From contig NC_008340.1 in the NCBI RefSeq assembly GCF_000014785.1, positions 2,250,001 to 2,282,000 of the forward strand: a stretch of 32,000 nucleotides of DNA, in the 5' to 3' direction. This document shows, piece by piece, positions 11,021 to 20,112 of this stretch; position 1 is the stretch's first letter, and each line of letters begins with the position of its first letter. The translations under genes were made by a program, and so were the position numbers. The notes beneath the pieces are model-generated. The model had not been told where the DNA came from, did not search any database, and was given only the letters and a program-made list of their open reading frames with translations. The DNA is from Alkalilimnicola ehrlichii MLHE-1 (GTDB taxonomy: Bacteria > Pseudomonadota > Gammaproteobacteria > Nitrococcales > Halorhodospiraceae).

Positions 11021-11744
11021 CACCCGCCACCTCCGGCCGGCGCCAGCGGCAACCCCCCCCGGAGGCCTTGTCGATACGGTCCAACAGCGCCTCATGGGCC
11101 CGGCGCTCGGCCTCCCCGGCCCGCACCACTGCAAGGCGGGGCCGATCCGACGGCAGCCGGCGTATCCCACCGCCCTCCCCTTCGTGGGCCTGAGCCTCCT
11201 CCTCGTCCAGGGTGAACAGGGCCTTCTGGCCGCCGGTCATCGCCAGATAAACGTCGGCCAGGATGCGGGCATCGAGCAACGCGCCGTGCAGTTCACGCTG
11301 GGTATTGTCCACGTCGTAGCGCTTGCACAGGGCATCCAGCGAGTTGCGCTGGCCGGGGTGACGTTGCCGGGCCAACAGCAGGGTGTCGAGCACCGAGGCA
11401 AAGTCCTCCACCCGGCCCCAGCCACGGCCCAGACGGCTGAGTTCGTAGTCCAGGAAGCCGACGTCGAAGGCGGCGTTGTGGATCACCAACTCGCTGCCCC
11501 GGATGTACTCGACAAAGCGCTCCGCCACCTCGTGAAAGCGCGGCTTGTCGGCCAGAAAGTCGTTGGTGATGCCGTGCACCTCCACCGCCTCCTGGGGCAC
11601 CTCGCGATCGGGGTTCAGGTACTGGTGGAAGTTATTGCCGGTGGGCCGGCGGTCCACCAGTTCCACGCAGCCGATCTCGATCACCCGATCGCCCTGACTC
11701 CACTCCAGACCGGTGGTCTCAGTATCCAGCACGATCTGCCTCAT
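11013..11744 (-). CDS. dnaQ: DNA polymerase III epsilon subunit (DEDDh exonuclease)
   Basis: [77 protein letters not shown]. Confidence 0.96.
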   Translation of the reverse strand: MRQIVLDTETTGLEWSQGDRVIEIGCVELVDRRPTGNNFHQYLNPDREVPQEAVEVHGITNDFLADKPRFHEVAERFVEYIRGSELVIHNAAFDVGFLDYELSRLGRGWGRVEDFASVLDTLLLARQRHPGQRNSLDALCKRYDVDNTQRELHGALLDARILADVYLAMTGGQKALFTLDEEEAQAHEGEGGGIRRLPSDRPRLAVVRAGEAERRAHEALLDRIDKASGGGCRWRRPEVAGDA

Positions 11745-12205
11745 GTCGCGCCCGCCTCCTGCATCTCGTCGATACCCCGATTGGCCAGGGCATCCGCCTG
11801 TTCATTCTCGGCATGGCCGCTGTGCCCGCGTACCCAGTGCCAGTGCACCTCGTGGCGTTGGTTGAGGGCATCGAGCCGACGCCAGAGGTCCTCGTTGAGC
11901 ACCGGCTTGCGGGCCGCCGTGCGCCAGCCCCGGCGCTTCCAGCCGGCCATCCACTCCGTGATCCCTTTGCGGACATATTGCGAGTCGGTGGTCAGGTGCA
12001 CGACACAGGGCCGGTCCAGCGCCTCCAGCGCCTGGATGGCCGCGGTCAGCTCCATGCGGTTGTTGGTGGTGTGGGGCTCGCCGCCGTGCAGCGTGCGCTC
12101 GTGCCCGCGATAGCGCAGCACCACCCCCCAGCCGCCCGGCCCGGGGTTTCCGCGACAGGCGCCGTCGGTCCAGGCGTACACTTCAGATTTGTCGGTGGTG
12201 GACAT
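11741..12205 (-). CDS. rnhA: Ribonuclease HI
   Basis: [68 protein letters not shown]. Confidence 0.97.
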   Translation of the reverse strand: MSTTDKSEVYAWTDGACRGNPGPGGWGVVLRYRGHERTLHGGEPHTTNNRMELTAAIQALEALDRPCVVHLTTDSQYVRKGITEWMAGWKRRGWRTAARKPVLNEDLWRRLDALNQRHEVHWHWVRGHSGHAENEQADALANRGIDEMQEAGAT

Positions 12206-12947
12206 GGATCCTCGTTCTTGGTGTCGGCTGGACCAGCCGCCCCGGCACCTCCACCGGCGGCGTCTGCCAGACTTGCTTCATATCGATCGGGGCAGGCCGG
12301 CGCTTGCGCGCCTGCAGGAGATGAACACCCGCCAGCCAGGGGGCCAGCCGCCGCTCCCAACCGTTGCGCGCCCGGACCCGGGTGCCCGCCCGGGGCCAGG
12401 GGGCCTTGAGGCCGTGATAGGCCTGGTGCCGGCATTCGAGACCGTGGCGGGCCAGCAGCAAGGTCAGGAGCCCCGGGCCAAGCCCGCGCCGGCGCATTAC
12501 CGGGCGGGCGCGCAGGTGGCGCAGCCCCCAGGTGCTCCAGGCGTTGAACCCCAGCACCCACAACTCCCCCTCCGGCGCCAGCACCTCGACGGCCTCGCGG
12601 ATCAGCGAGGCGGGATCCGCGCTGCAATCCAGCGCATGGGCAAGCAGGAGCAGGTCCACACTCTCCTTGCGCAGCGGGAGCTGCTCCAGGTCGGTGCACG
12701 CATCGGCACCAGCGGTCGGCTCCCAGTCAAGCGCCCAGCAGTCGCTCGCGGGCAGTGCCATGAACAGGCCGTCCCCAAGCCAGCTGCCCCCCACCCGCAC
12801 CACTCGCGCCCGCGGGCCATGGGGGGCGCTGCGCTGTATACGCTCATCGAGGACCGACCGCTCGATCCCGGCCAACTCCCGGCCTGCCGGGGTCTGAAAC
12901 CATTGCACCAGCGAATCCAAGAGCCGGCACCTCCCCAGTTGCCGCAT
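12183..12947 (-). CDS. SAM-dependent class I methyltransferase (the gene usually found beside gloB/rnhA/dnaQ)
   Basis: [57 protein letters not shown]; position between rnhA and divergent gloB. Start placed at ATG 12947. Confidence 0.85.
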   Translation of the reverse strand: MRQLGRCRLLDSLVQWFQTPAGRELAGIERSVLDERIQRSAPHGPRARVVRVGGSWLGDGLFMALPASDCWALDWEPTAGADACTDLEQLPLRKESVDLLLLAHALDCSADPASLIREAVEVLAPEGELWVLGFNAWSTWGLRHLRARPVMRRRGLGPGLLTLLLARHGLECRHQAYHGLKAPWPRAGTRVRARNGWERRLAPWLAGVHLLQARKRRPAPIDMKQVWQTPPVEVPGRLVQPTPRTRIHVHHRQI

Positions 12948-13130
12948 TGTCCGGTCCGGCGGGCCGCAGCCCCGCCCCGTGGCCCGGCCGACTAGCATAC
13001 CGGCTCCGCAGGTTCACCTCACCCCTCTCCGCACCGTGGATGCCGGCCAACCGGGGCAGATCGACGCACTGGCGCGCCAGACCCCCGGCCCGCTTTTGCC
13101 CCTACGGGAAAAAGTGTTTACGATGCCGGA

Positions 13131-13901
13131 ATGACTGAAATCGTAGCCATTCCCGCGTTTGCCGACAATTACATCTGGCTGGCCGTGGACCGGAACCGAC
13201 GCCTCGCCGCGGTCGTGGACCCGGGCGACGCCGAACCGGTGGAGGCGGCCCTGCGGGCGTCGGGGCTGCGGCTCAGCGCTATCCTGATCACGCACCACCA
13301 CCACGACCACACCGGCGGGGTGGAGGAACTGCTCGCCGCCCACCCGGTGCCGGTGTACGGTCCGGCCGATGAGAGCGTGCCGGGGGTGAGCCAGCCCCTC
13401 CGCGAGCCGGATGCATTTGAAGTACCTGGCTTGGGGTTGCCATTGCGGGTGCTGGACGTGCCCGGCCACACCGCCGGACACATCGCGCTGGTGGCCGACG
13501 GGGCCCTGTTCTCCGGCGACGCCCTGTTCGCCGGGGGCTGCGGGCGGCTGTTCGAGGGCACGCCGGAGCAAATGTACGCCAGTCTGGGGAAACTGGCGGC
13601 ATTGCCGGAAGCCACGCGGGTCTACTGTGGTCACGAATACACCCTGGCCAACCTACGCTTTGCGCACCAGGTCGAACCGGACAACCCCAACCTGACGCAG
13701 CGCCTGCGCCAGGCCGAGGCCGCCCGTCAACGCGGCGAGCCGACCGTGCCCAGCCGAATGGCGGATGAGCATGCCACTAATCCCTTCCTGCGGGCACACC
13801 TGCCGGCAGTGCGGACGGCCGCAGAGCGCTGGTCGGGGCAGACCCTGGACGAACCCGTGGCGGTGTTCGCCGCGCTGCGTCGTTGGAAGGACCAGAGTTA
13901 A
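13131..13901 (+). CDS. gloB: Hydroxyacylglutathione hydrolase (glyoxalase II)
   Basis: Metallo-beta-lactamase motif THHHHDHTGG, VLDVPGHTAGHIAL, GDALFAGGCGRLFEGTPEQMY, VYCGHEYTLANLRFA. Confidence 0.97.
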   Translation: MTEIVAIPAFADNYIWLAVDRNRRLAAVVDPGDAEPVEAALRASGLRLSAILITHHHHDHTGGVEELLAAHPVPVYGPADESVPGVSQPLREPDAFEVPGLGLPLRVLDVPGHTAGHIALVADGALFSGDALFAGGCGRLFEGTPEQMYASLGKLAALPEATRVYCGHEYTLANLRFAHQVEPDNPNLTQRLRQAEAARQRGEPTVPSRMADEHATNPFLRAHLPAVRTAAERWSGQTLDEPVAVFAALRRWKDQS

Positions 13902-13958
13902 CCGTCAAGCGCCACGGACCGGCCGACAGCCCAAAAGACAAAACAACTCGGCGAGGTA

Positions 13959-15584
13959 GTGACCGTGGTTCACACACGTATGATCCCGCTATGCCTGGCG
14001 CTGGCCCTGGGCGCCAGCGGCTGTGCCAGCCTGGACCCGCGCGGCGCCGACGGCGAATCCAAACGGGGCCATCACGCCCGTGTCATCCTCCCCGGCGAGC
14101 CCCTCGCCAATGTCCCCGTGCCGGAAGAAGAGCGCCGCCCCGCGGAGAGCGCAGCCCCGGCGGCGGCGGAGGATATTTGGGCCCGGCTTCGTGACGGCTT
14201 TCAACTGCCCGCGGTCACCCATCAGCGCATCGACCAGGAACGCGCCCGGTTCACCGGTCGTCAGAACTACTTCGACGCGGTGGGTCAGCGAGCCCGACCC
14301 TACCTCTACCACATCCTCGGCGAGCTGGAGGCGCGCGACCTGCCCACCGAATTGGTACTGGTCGCGATGGTGGAGAGCGCTTTCCAGCCCTTCGCCTATT
14401 CCCACGGTCGCGCGGCCGGCCTCTGGCAGTTCATACCCGCCACCGGCAAGCACTTCGGCCTGGAGCAGAATTGGTGGTACGACGGCCGGCGCGATGTCAT
14501 TGCCAGCACCGAGGCCGCCCTGACCTACCTGGACTACCTGCACGGGTTCTTTGACGGCGACTGGCTGCTGGCACTGGCCGCTTACAACGCCGGGGAGGGC
14601 CGGGTACAGCGGGCGGTCAGGGCCAACCAGCGGGCCGGGAAGGCCACGGACTTCTGGAGCCTGAACCTGCCGGCCGAGACCCGCGCCTACGTCCCCCGGG
14701 TGCTGGCACTGCGCGACATCCTTGCCGAACCGGACCGGTTCGGCATCCGGCTGCCGCCCATCGACAACGAACGACAACTGGCGGTGGTCGAACTGGAGCA
14801 CCAGTTGGACTTGGCCCTGGCGGCGGAGATGGCCGGCGTCGAGCTGGACAAGATCTATCGCTATAACCCCGGTTTCAACCGCTGGGCGACGTTGCCGGAG
14901 GGCCGCCACCGCCTGGCCATCCCCAAGGCGAGCAAAGAGCGCTTCACCGCTGCGCTGGCCGATCTCCACCCCTCCGAGATGGTCCGCTGGCAACGCCACG
15001 AGGTCCGGCGCGGTGAAACACTCAGCGGCATCGCCAGCCGTTACAACACCTCGGTCTCGGTTTTGCGCGACACCAATGACCTGAGCGGTGACCGAATCCG
15101 GGTCGGACAGGCGCTGCTGGTCCCCACCGCGAGCCAGGGCAACGAGGCCTACACCCTCAGCGCGGACAACCGGCGCCGCGCCAACCAGAACCGGCAGCGG
15201 GATGGGAGGCACAAGCTGGAGCACACGGTGCGCCCCGGCGATACCTTCTGGGAGCTCGCCCGGCGCCACGGCGTCAGCGTCCGGGAACTGGCGGGGTGGA
15301 ACGATATGGCGCCCGGCGACCCCCTGCGGCCGGGCAACACGCTGGTCATCTGGAGTGGCGACGGCGCTGCCGCCAACGCCCGCAACAGCGGGCCGGGCGA
15401 GCGCCTGCAGCGGGTCACCTATACGGTGCGCAGCGGCGACTCGGTCTACACCATCGCTCGGCGCTTCAACGTCTCCATGCAGGACGTGAAGCGCTGGAAT
15501 AACCTCCGCTCGGGCCAGTACCTGCAACCCGGCCAGACCCTGACCCTGAACGTCGACGTCACCAACCAGTCGGCCGGACTCTGA
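13959..15584 (+). CDS. mltD: Membrane-bound lytic murein transglycosylase D with three LysM domains
   Basis: Lipobox-like LGASGC, SLT motif ESAFQPFAYSHGRAAGLWQFIPATGKHFGL, and three LysM repeats (RRGETLSGIASRY.., RPGDTFWELARRH.., RSGDSVYTIARRF..). Confidence 0.94.
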   Translation: MTVVHTRMIPLCLALALGASGCASLDPRGADGESKRGHHARVILPGEPLANVPVPEEERRPAESAAPAAAEDIWARLRDGFQLPAVTHQRIDQERARFTGRQNYFDAVGQRARPYLYHILGELEARDLPTELVLVAMVESAFQPFAYSHGRAAGLWQFIPATGKHFGLEQNWWYDGRRDVIASTEAALTYLDYLHGFFDGDWLLALAAYNAGEGRVQRAVRANQRAGKATDFWSLNLPAETRAYVPRVLALRDILAEPDRFGIRLPPIDNERQLAVVELEHQLDLALAAEMAGVELDKIYRYNPGFNRWATLPEGRHRLAIPKASKERFTAALADLHPSEMVRWQRHEVRRGETLSGIASRYNTSVSVLRDTNDLSGDRIRVGQALLVPTASQGNEAYTLSADNRRRANQNRQRDGRHKLEHTVRPGDTFWELARRHGVSVRELAGWNDMAPGDPLRPGNTLVIWSGDGAAANARNSGPGERLQRVTYTVRSGDSVYTIARRFNVSMQDVKRWNNLRSGQYLQPGQTLTLNVDVTNQSAGL

Positions 15585-15605
15585 ACGGCGCGATCCAGGG
15601 CCGGG

Positions 15606-15890
15606 TCAGCCGCGATCGTGGGCGGCGGCCTGGTCCTGTTGATCGGGCAGGGTGATGTTCAACTCCAGCACCTCGCAGTCGCCCTCCCGGTCAAGTTGGA
15701 AATTCACCGCATCTCGGTCCACCTGCACGTATTTTCGGATCACGTCCAGCAACTCCTCCTTGAGCATGGGAAGGTAGTCGGGCCCGGTGGCGGTCTGCGA
15801 GCGCTCCCGGGCGACGATGATCTGCAGCCGCTCCTTGGCCACCGAGGCGCTGCGCTTTTTCTGCGAACGGAAATAGCTGAGAAAGCCCAT
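15606..15890 (-). CDS. minE: Cell division topological specificity factor
   Basis: [32 protein letters not shown]...[19 protein letters not shown]. Possible GTG start at 15896; ATG 15890 has GGGGGGTGAG upstream. Confidence 0.96.
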   Translation of the reverse strand: MGFLSYFRSQKKRSASVAKERLQIIVARERSQTATGPDYLPMLKEELLDVIRKYVQVDRDAVNFQLDREGDCEVLELNITLPDQQDQAAAHDRG

Positions 15891-15892
15891 GC

Positions 15893-16702
15893 TCACCCCC
15901 CGAACAGGCGTCCGAAGAAGCCTTTCTTTTCCACGGTGAGAAACCGGTGTGGGCGCTCTTCGCCCAGGAACCGGGCCACCGCGTCCTGGTAAGCCTGGCC
16001 GGCATCCGAGTCCCCGTCCAGGATCACCGGGATGCCGGCGTTGGAGGCATTGAGCACCGCCTGCGACTCCGGGATCACCCCCAGAAGCTCCACCGCCAGG
16101 ATCTCCCCCACATCGTCCACGGACAGCATATCGCCACGATCCACGCGCTCCGGCGAATACCGGGTCAGCAACAGCCGGCCGCTGATCGGTTCGCCGCCCT
16201 GCTCCGCACGCCGGGTCTTACTGGCCAGGATCCCCAGCACCCGGTCGGAGTCCCGCACGCTGGAGACCTCCGGGTTGGTCACCACAATCGCCTCATCGGC
16301 GAAGTAGGCCGCCATCAGTGCGCCCCGCTCGATCCCGGCCGGCGAATCACAGATGATGTAGTCGAACTGCTGGGACAGCTCATCCAGGACCCGCTCCACG
16401 CCGGCGTGGGTGAGCGCATCCTTGTCGCGGGTCTGCGAGGCGGGGAGGATGAACAGGTCCTTCACCCGCTTGTCCTTGATCAGCGCCTGATTCAGGTTAG
16501 CGTCACCGTTGATGACGTTGACGAAGTCGTACACCACACGGCGCTCGCAGCCCATGATCAGGTCCAGGTTGCGTAGCCCCACGTCGAAATCGATCACGGC
16601 GGTCCGGTGCCCGGCCTCGGCCAGGCCGGCCGCCATGGCGGCGCTGGTGGTGGTCTTGCCCACCCCGCCCTTACCGGAGGTCACTACGACGATCTTTGCC
16701 AC
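15893..16702 (-). CDS. minD: Septum site-determining ATPase
   Basis: [64 protein letters not shown]; C-terminal amphipathic [13 protein letters not shown]. Confidence 0.98.
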   Translation of the reverse strand: MAKIVVVTSGKGGVGKTTTSAAMAAGLAEAGHRTAVIDFDVGLRNLDLIMGCERRVVYDFVNVINGDANLNQALIKDKRVKDLFILPASQTRDKDALTHAGVERVLDELSQQFDYIICDSPAGIERGALMAAYFADEAIVVTNPEVSSVRDSDRVLGILASKTRRAEQGGEPISGRLLLTRYSPERVDRGDMLSVDDVGEILAVELLGVIPESQAVLNASNAGIPVILDGDSDAGQAYQDAVARFLGEERPHRFLTVEKKGFFGRLFGG

Positions 16703-16734
16703 GGGGTTATCTCCTCGATCCGTTGGGTCCGCCC

Positions 16735-17460
16735 TTACAGCGGGGCCACCTTCAGGCTGTCGCCCTCCAGGTAAATCTGTACGTTCCTGCCACGTTCGTC
16801 GTCGCCAATGTGCTCACTGACCCGGTACTGCCCGGCGATGGAGACCAGTTCCGGGTCCAGCCGGGCGCAGAAGATGCGCGCCTCGGTATCCCCCTGCACA
16901 CCGGCCATGGCGCGCCCCTTGAGCGCGCCATAGATGTGGATATGGCCGTCGGCCAGCACCTCGGCACCGGCGCTGACCATGGAGGTGACGATGAGATCCC
17001 CTCCCCGGGCATAGACCTGCTGGCCGGAACGCACCGGTTGGGTGATCAGCATCGAACGGGTCGGTTGCGGCGCCGGCGCGGGGGCCGGCGAAGGCTCCGG
17101 CTCCGGCCCGGCCTTAGGGGGCGCCGGCGCCCGGCCACTCGCCTCAATCAGCGGCAGGCCGGCGCCTGCCGCGAATGCCACGGCCTGGTCACCGGCCGGC
17201 CTGACCCCCAGGACCACCAGGCCGTGCGCCTGTAGCGCCTGGCGCAGCGCCTCGCCATCCAGATCGGCCACTGTCTCGCCCAGCGGCTCGGGGTCGAGCA
17301 ATACCGGGAGCCCGCGGAAAAACTCGGGGGCCTCCGCGATACGGGCAGCCAGGCTGTCCAGCAGATCCGTCTGCTGCGCGGTCAACAGACGCAGCACCGT
17401 GACGGTCATCATTCGCCCTTTAAACTCCAGGGCCCTCACACGCGTGGCCTCCACGCTCAT
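16735..17460 (-). CDS. minC: Septum site-determining protein MinC
   Basis: C-terminal beta-helix: RSGQQVYARGGDLIVTSMVSAGAEVLADGHIHIYGALKGRAMAGVQGDTEARIFCARLDPELVSIAGQYR. Confidence 0.95.
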   Translation of the reverse strand: MSVEATRVRALEFKGRMMTVTVLRLLTAQQTDLLDSLAARIAEAPEFFRGLPVLLDPEPLGETVADLDGEALRQALQAHGLVVLGVRPAGDQAVAFAAGAGLPLIEASGRAPAPPKAGPEPEPSPAPAPAPQPTRSMLITQPVRSGQQVYARGGDLIVTSMVSAGAEVLADGHIHIYGALKGRAMAGVQGDTEARIFCARLDPELVSIAGQYRVSEHIGDDERGRNVQIYLEGDSLKVAPL

Positions 17461-17670
17461 GCGATACCCACCATCGCGGGGGCTAGGGTCTCACGTCTGG
17501 TGATCATGGCTTCCTGCAGGGTTCGGAAAACAAGGCGGCGCCCCCGCCGTCCCGGCCGGAGCGCCGCGCCCTTTATAGCGCGCTGCAGCATGGGCGATCA
17601 ACCCGTACAGCGAGCCAATGCGGCCGAAGTCACCCAAGACACGCGCCCCAGGGCAATTAGAAAGCGCCGG

Positions 17671-17784
17671 TTAGTCGGCCAACGGCGCGACCCGGAAGGA
17701 CTTCACCTCGCGCTTATGCCGCAGTGTCTGGGCCAAGCGCCGGAAATTAGCCAGGTCGACAGTAAGGCAGCACATGCTCGGCAT
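17671..17784 (-). CDS. Possible 37-aa small ORF (MPSMCCLTVDLANFRRLAQTLRHKREVKSFRVAPLAD)
   Basis: Sits directly downstream of the S24-type regulator. Minus-strand ATG to TAA; no homolog recognised. Confidence 0.2.
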   Translation of the reverse strand: MPSMCCLTVDLANFRRLAQTLRHKREVKSFRVAPLAD

Positions 17785-17938
17785 GGGGGCGACTGGGCAA
17801 CCAGCGCTCCAACACGTACATCGACCATGATACCCACGGCGGGCCAGTGGTGACCTGGCCGGCCAATGAGTTGGAGGCGTATCTCAGCCGGGTCAGCTGA
17901 TGTCCCGGTGACCCGGCTTCCGGGCATCCAACCAGCAT

Positions 17939-18682
17939 TTAGATCCGCCGCGCCATCCAGACCACTCGCCCGACAATGTTCAGTTCAGCGGCATCCTCGG
18001 TGCTGATATGCTGATCGGCATACTGCGGGTTATCACTCCGGACCCACAGCCCACCCTTCCAGTCCACCTGCAGGCGCTTGGCCACCACGTGGTGTTCGAG
18101 CCGTAAGACATAAATGGCGTCTTCGGCAGGCTCCTGCTCTCGGGTGTCCACCAGGAGCAGATCCCCATCCGCCACCGTCGGCACCATGGAATCGCCGCCG
18201 GCGCCGACCAGCACCAGCCCGTCCGGGGCCAGCCCCTCCCCTAGCAGCCAGTCACGGCGGAAGGCCAGCCGCTCCAACATCCGCTGCTCAGCGGGCTGGT
18301 CGGCAGAGGGATGGGACTGGGCGTCGTACCAGGGAATCAATGCGAACTCACCCGCGTACCGCGTCTGCAGGCTGCTCGCAACTCGCAGCCCTGCGGTCTC
18401 ACCGCAATCGCGCACCGGTAACTCGCCGGTTGCCAGCCAACCGACCCGGATGTCCGCGGCGCGGGCGATCATAATCAACTTCTCGAGCCCGGGCATCGAG
18501 CCCTCGAGATACTTACGGATAAGGCTGTCGCTCATGCCACACTTCTGCGCAAAGCGAAACACTGGCTGATCACCGATCGCAAGACGCAGACGCCGGGAGA
18601 ACGCCGCACCTACGCTTTCCGCCTCACGCTCCCCCCCTGACATGACTTCCTTGAGCCGCTGCTGCTCTTGTGCTTTATGCAT
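17939..18682 (-). CDS. Phage repressor-like transcriptional regulator (HTH plus S24/LexA-like domain)
   Basis: N-terminal HTH RRLRLAIGDQPVFRFAQKCGMSDSLIRKYLEGSMPGLEKLIMIARAADIRVGWLATGE. C-terminal S24-like LVGAGGDSMVPTVADGDLLLVDTREQEPAEDAIYVLRLEHHVVAKRLQV, with Ser and Lys present. Confidence 0.88.
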   Translation of the reverse strand: MHKAQEQQRLKEVMSGGEREAESVGAAFSRRLRLAIGDQPVFRFAQKCGMSDSLIRKYLEGSMPGLEKLIMIARAADIRVGWLATGELPVRDCGETAGLRVASSLQTRYAGEFALIPWYDAQSHPSADQPAEQRMLERLAFRRDWLLGEGLAPDGLVLVGAGGDSMVPTVADGDLLLVDTREQEPAEDAIYVLRLEHHVVAKRLQVDWKGGLWVRSDNPQYADQHISTEDAAELNIVGRVVWMARRI

Positions 18683-19013
18683 AGTGACGCCTCACAGTCT
18701 GACGCAGGGCACTTGCCTCTTCCTGGCCGGGGCCGCTGACGCACTGATCACCACCGCCGCGGCCATCGACCGCGCCGGCTGCTTCTCCTCCTTTTCCCTA
18801 AGGATTACCATACCACCGATCGTTATTTTTTTCCGGCACGCCAGTCCGCGTCTGAAAAAACCTCGGACACAAAAAACGGGGGTGGTCCTAAGGCGACGGG
18901 TCGCTTATTATTCAAGGCAACCGGTAGCCCTACAGGCTCCGTTATATTCTAATTGTTTTGCCATTTTTTCCAACAATAACGTAAAAGACTCACACCCAGG
19001 AGCGAGTCGAGCC

Positions 19014-19196
19014 ATGTGGATCTACGTCATCGTCACCGGCCTGATTGCGTGGCACGGTCTGACCTATCGCGACAAGAACGGTGAACACCCCCCTGTGCAC
19101 CTACTCTTCGGGTGCATCGCCCTGATGTTTTGCCTGCGCTTCCTGCTGGTGGACATCATGGAACTCCCCATCCCGGGCGTCCCCATCTCCAGCTGA
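19014..19196 (+). CDS. Small 60-aa membrane protein, uncharacterised
   Basis: MWIYVIVTGLIAWHGLTYRDKNGEHPPVHLLFGCIALMFCLRFLLVDIMELPIPGVPISS; two hydrophobic segments; CAGGAG upstream of the ATG. Confidence 0.6.
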   Translation: MWIYVIVTGLIAWHGLTYRDKNGEHPPVHLLFGCIALMFCLRFLLVDIMELPIPGVPISS

Positions 19197-19236
19197 TAGG
19201 CGCCCCGGGACGCGCTACCAGCGGCTCGCCTCCAGG

Positions 19237-19818
19237 TCAGGGCCGCTGCCGATAGGTCCGCTGCGCCGCATCCTCTTCCGGCATGCTCAGCATGCGTTCC
19301 TCCTCGGGGAGTGCCAGCTGGGCCCGCAGGTAATCGGCGCGATCCGCCACCGTAGGTGGTGGCTCGTCCATGTGCAGCAGGCGGGTGATCCAGCCTGGCC
19401 CGTCCGCCACCCCGTCATCCAGGTACAGGGCGTATTCATAGTCCGCCAGCGCCTGTTCAAAGCGCCCCATGCGGTCGTAAGCAATCCCCCGGTTGGCATA
19501 GGTCCCGGGAAACCCGGGCACCCGTTCGATGGCCTGATCAAACCAGTGGACGGCCTCCTCATGGCGCCCCTTCTGCAGCAGGGTGCGGGCCTTGCCTCGA
19601 ATGGCATCGATACGCTCGGGGTCCGCCTGGAGGGCATCGCGGTAGTTGCGCAGGGCACGCTCATAGTGGCCGTCGGCAAAGGCGCGGTCCGCCGCCTTGT
19701 GGGCCACCTCGCCCGGCGCCGGGTCCGTGCGCAGGGCCTCGAAGATAATCCAGCCGGTGGACAGCACCATCACGGCCACAGCGAGTCGGGTTAGGATTCG
19801 ACGGCTGAGTTCATCCAT
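19237..19818 (-). CDS. Membrane-anchored TPR-repeat protein
   Basis: N-terminal TM (LAVAVMVLSTGWIIFEAL) and TPR-like repeats (AFADGHYERALRNYRDALQADPERIDAIRGKARTLLQKGRHEEAVHWFDQAIERVPGFPGTYANRGIAYDRMGRFEQALADYEYAL). Confidence 0.85.
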   Translation of the reverse strand: MDELSRRILTRLAVAVMVLSTGWIIFEALRTDPAPGEVAHKAADRAFADGHYERALRNYRDALQADPERIDAIRGKARTLLQKGRHEEAVHWFDQAIERVPGFPGTYANRGIAYDRMGRFEQALADYEYALYLDDGVADGPGWITRLLHMDEPPPTVADRADYLRAQLALPEEERMLSMPEEDAAQRTYRQRP

Positions 19819-20056
19819 AGCTCGGCATACCCACGATATTGAGGCTGAAAATGAAGGAGAACGAGATACTGATGAAGGTGGCCAACACCCAGGCGCGCCT
19901 TTTTTGTCCGGCCAGTTCTTCCTCCGACAGCTCCCGCTGCACCCGAATCTGCAATCGGCGAACGCTGAAATTAAAAATCAAGTGTCGCACCGGAAACGAC
20001 AAAAGGATTGCAAAGGCAATGACGTACATTGCGAACGTGAATGGCGTCATCGACAC
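19811..20056 (-). CDS. Small two-TM membrane protein downstream of the symporter
   Basis: 81 aa; FTFAMYVIAFAILLSFPVRHLIF and WVLATFISISFSFIFSLNIVG hydrophobic segments. Overlaps the TPR gene by 8 nt. Confidence 0.75.
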   Translation of the reverse strand: MSMTPFTFAMYVIAFAILLSFPVRHLIFNFSVRRLQIRVQRELSEEELAGQKRRAWVLATFISISFSFIFSLNIVGMPSYG

Positions 20057-20112
20057 CTCCTAAAAGCAGAACGACGGGCCAGCCAGGGCCGACCCGTCGC
20101 TTCCAACACCGC

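Noticed and set aside
13989-15527. 512-aa minus-strand ORF opposite mltD
   Set aside because: Antisense to a clear SLT/LysM protein, no recognisable domain.
17703-17938. Overlapping minus ORFs 17703..17927 and 17747..17938
   Set aside because: Two competing frames over the same 230 bp with no family signal and no clear ribosome site. Only the small downstream ORF was kept, at low confidence.
18642-19013. N-terminal extension of the track ORF 18642..19196
   Set aside because: It overlaps the S24 regulator start and intergenic DNA. The supported start is ATG 19014 with a CAGGAG site.
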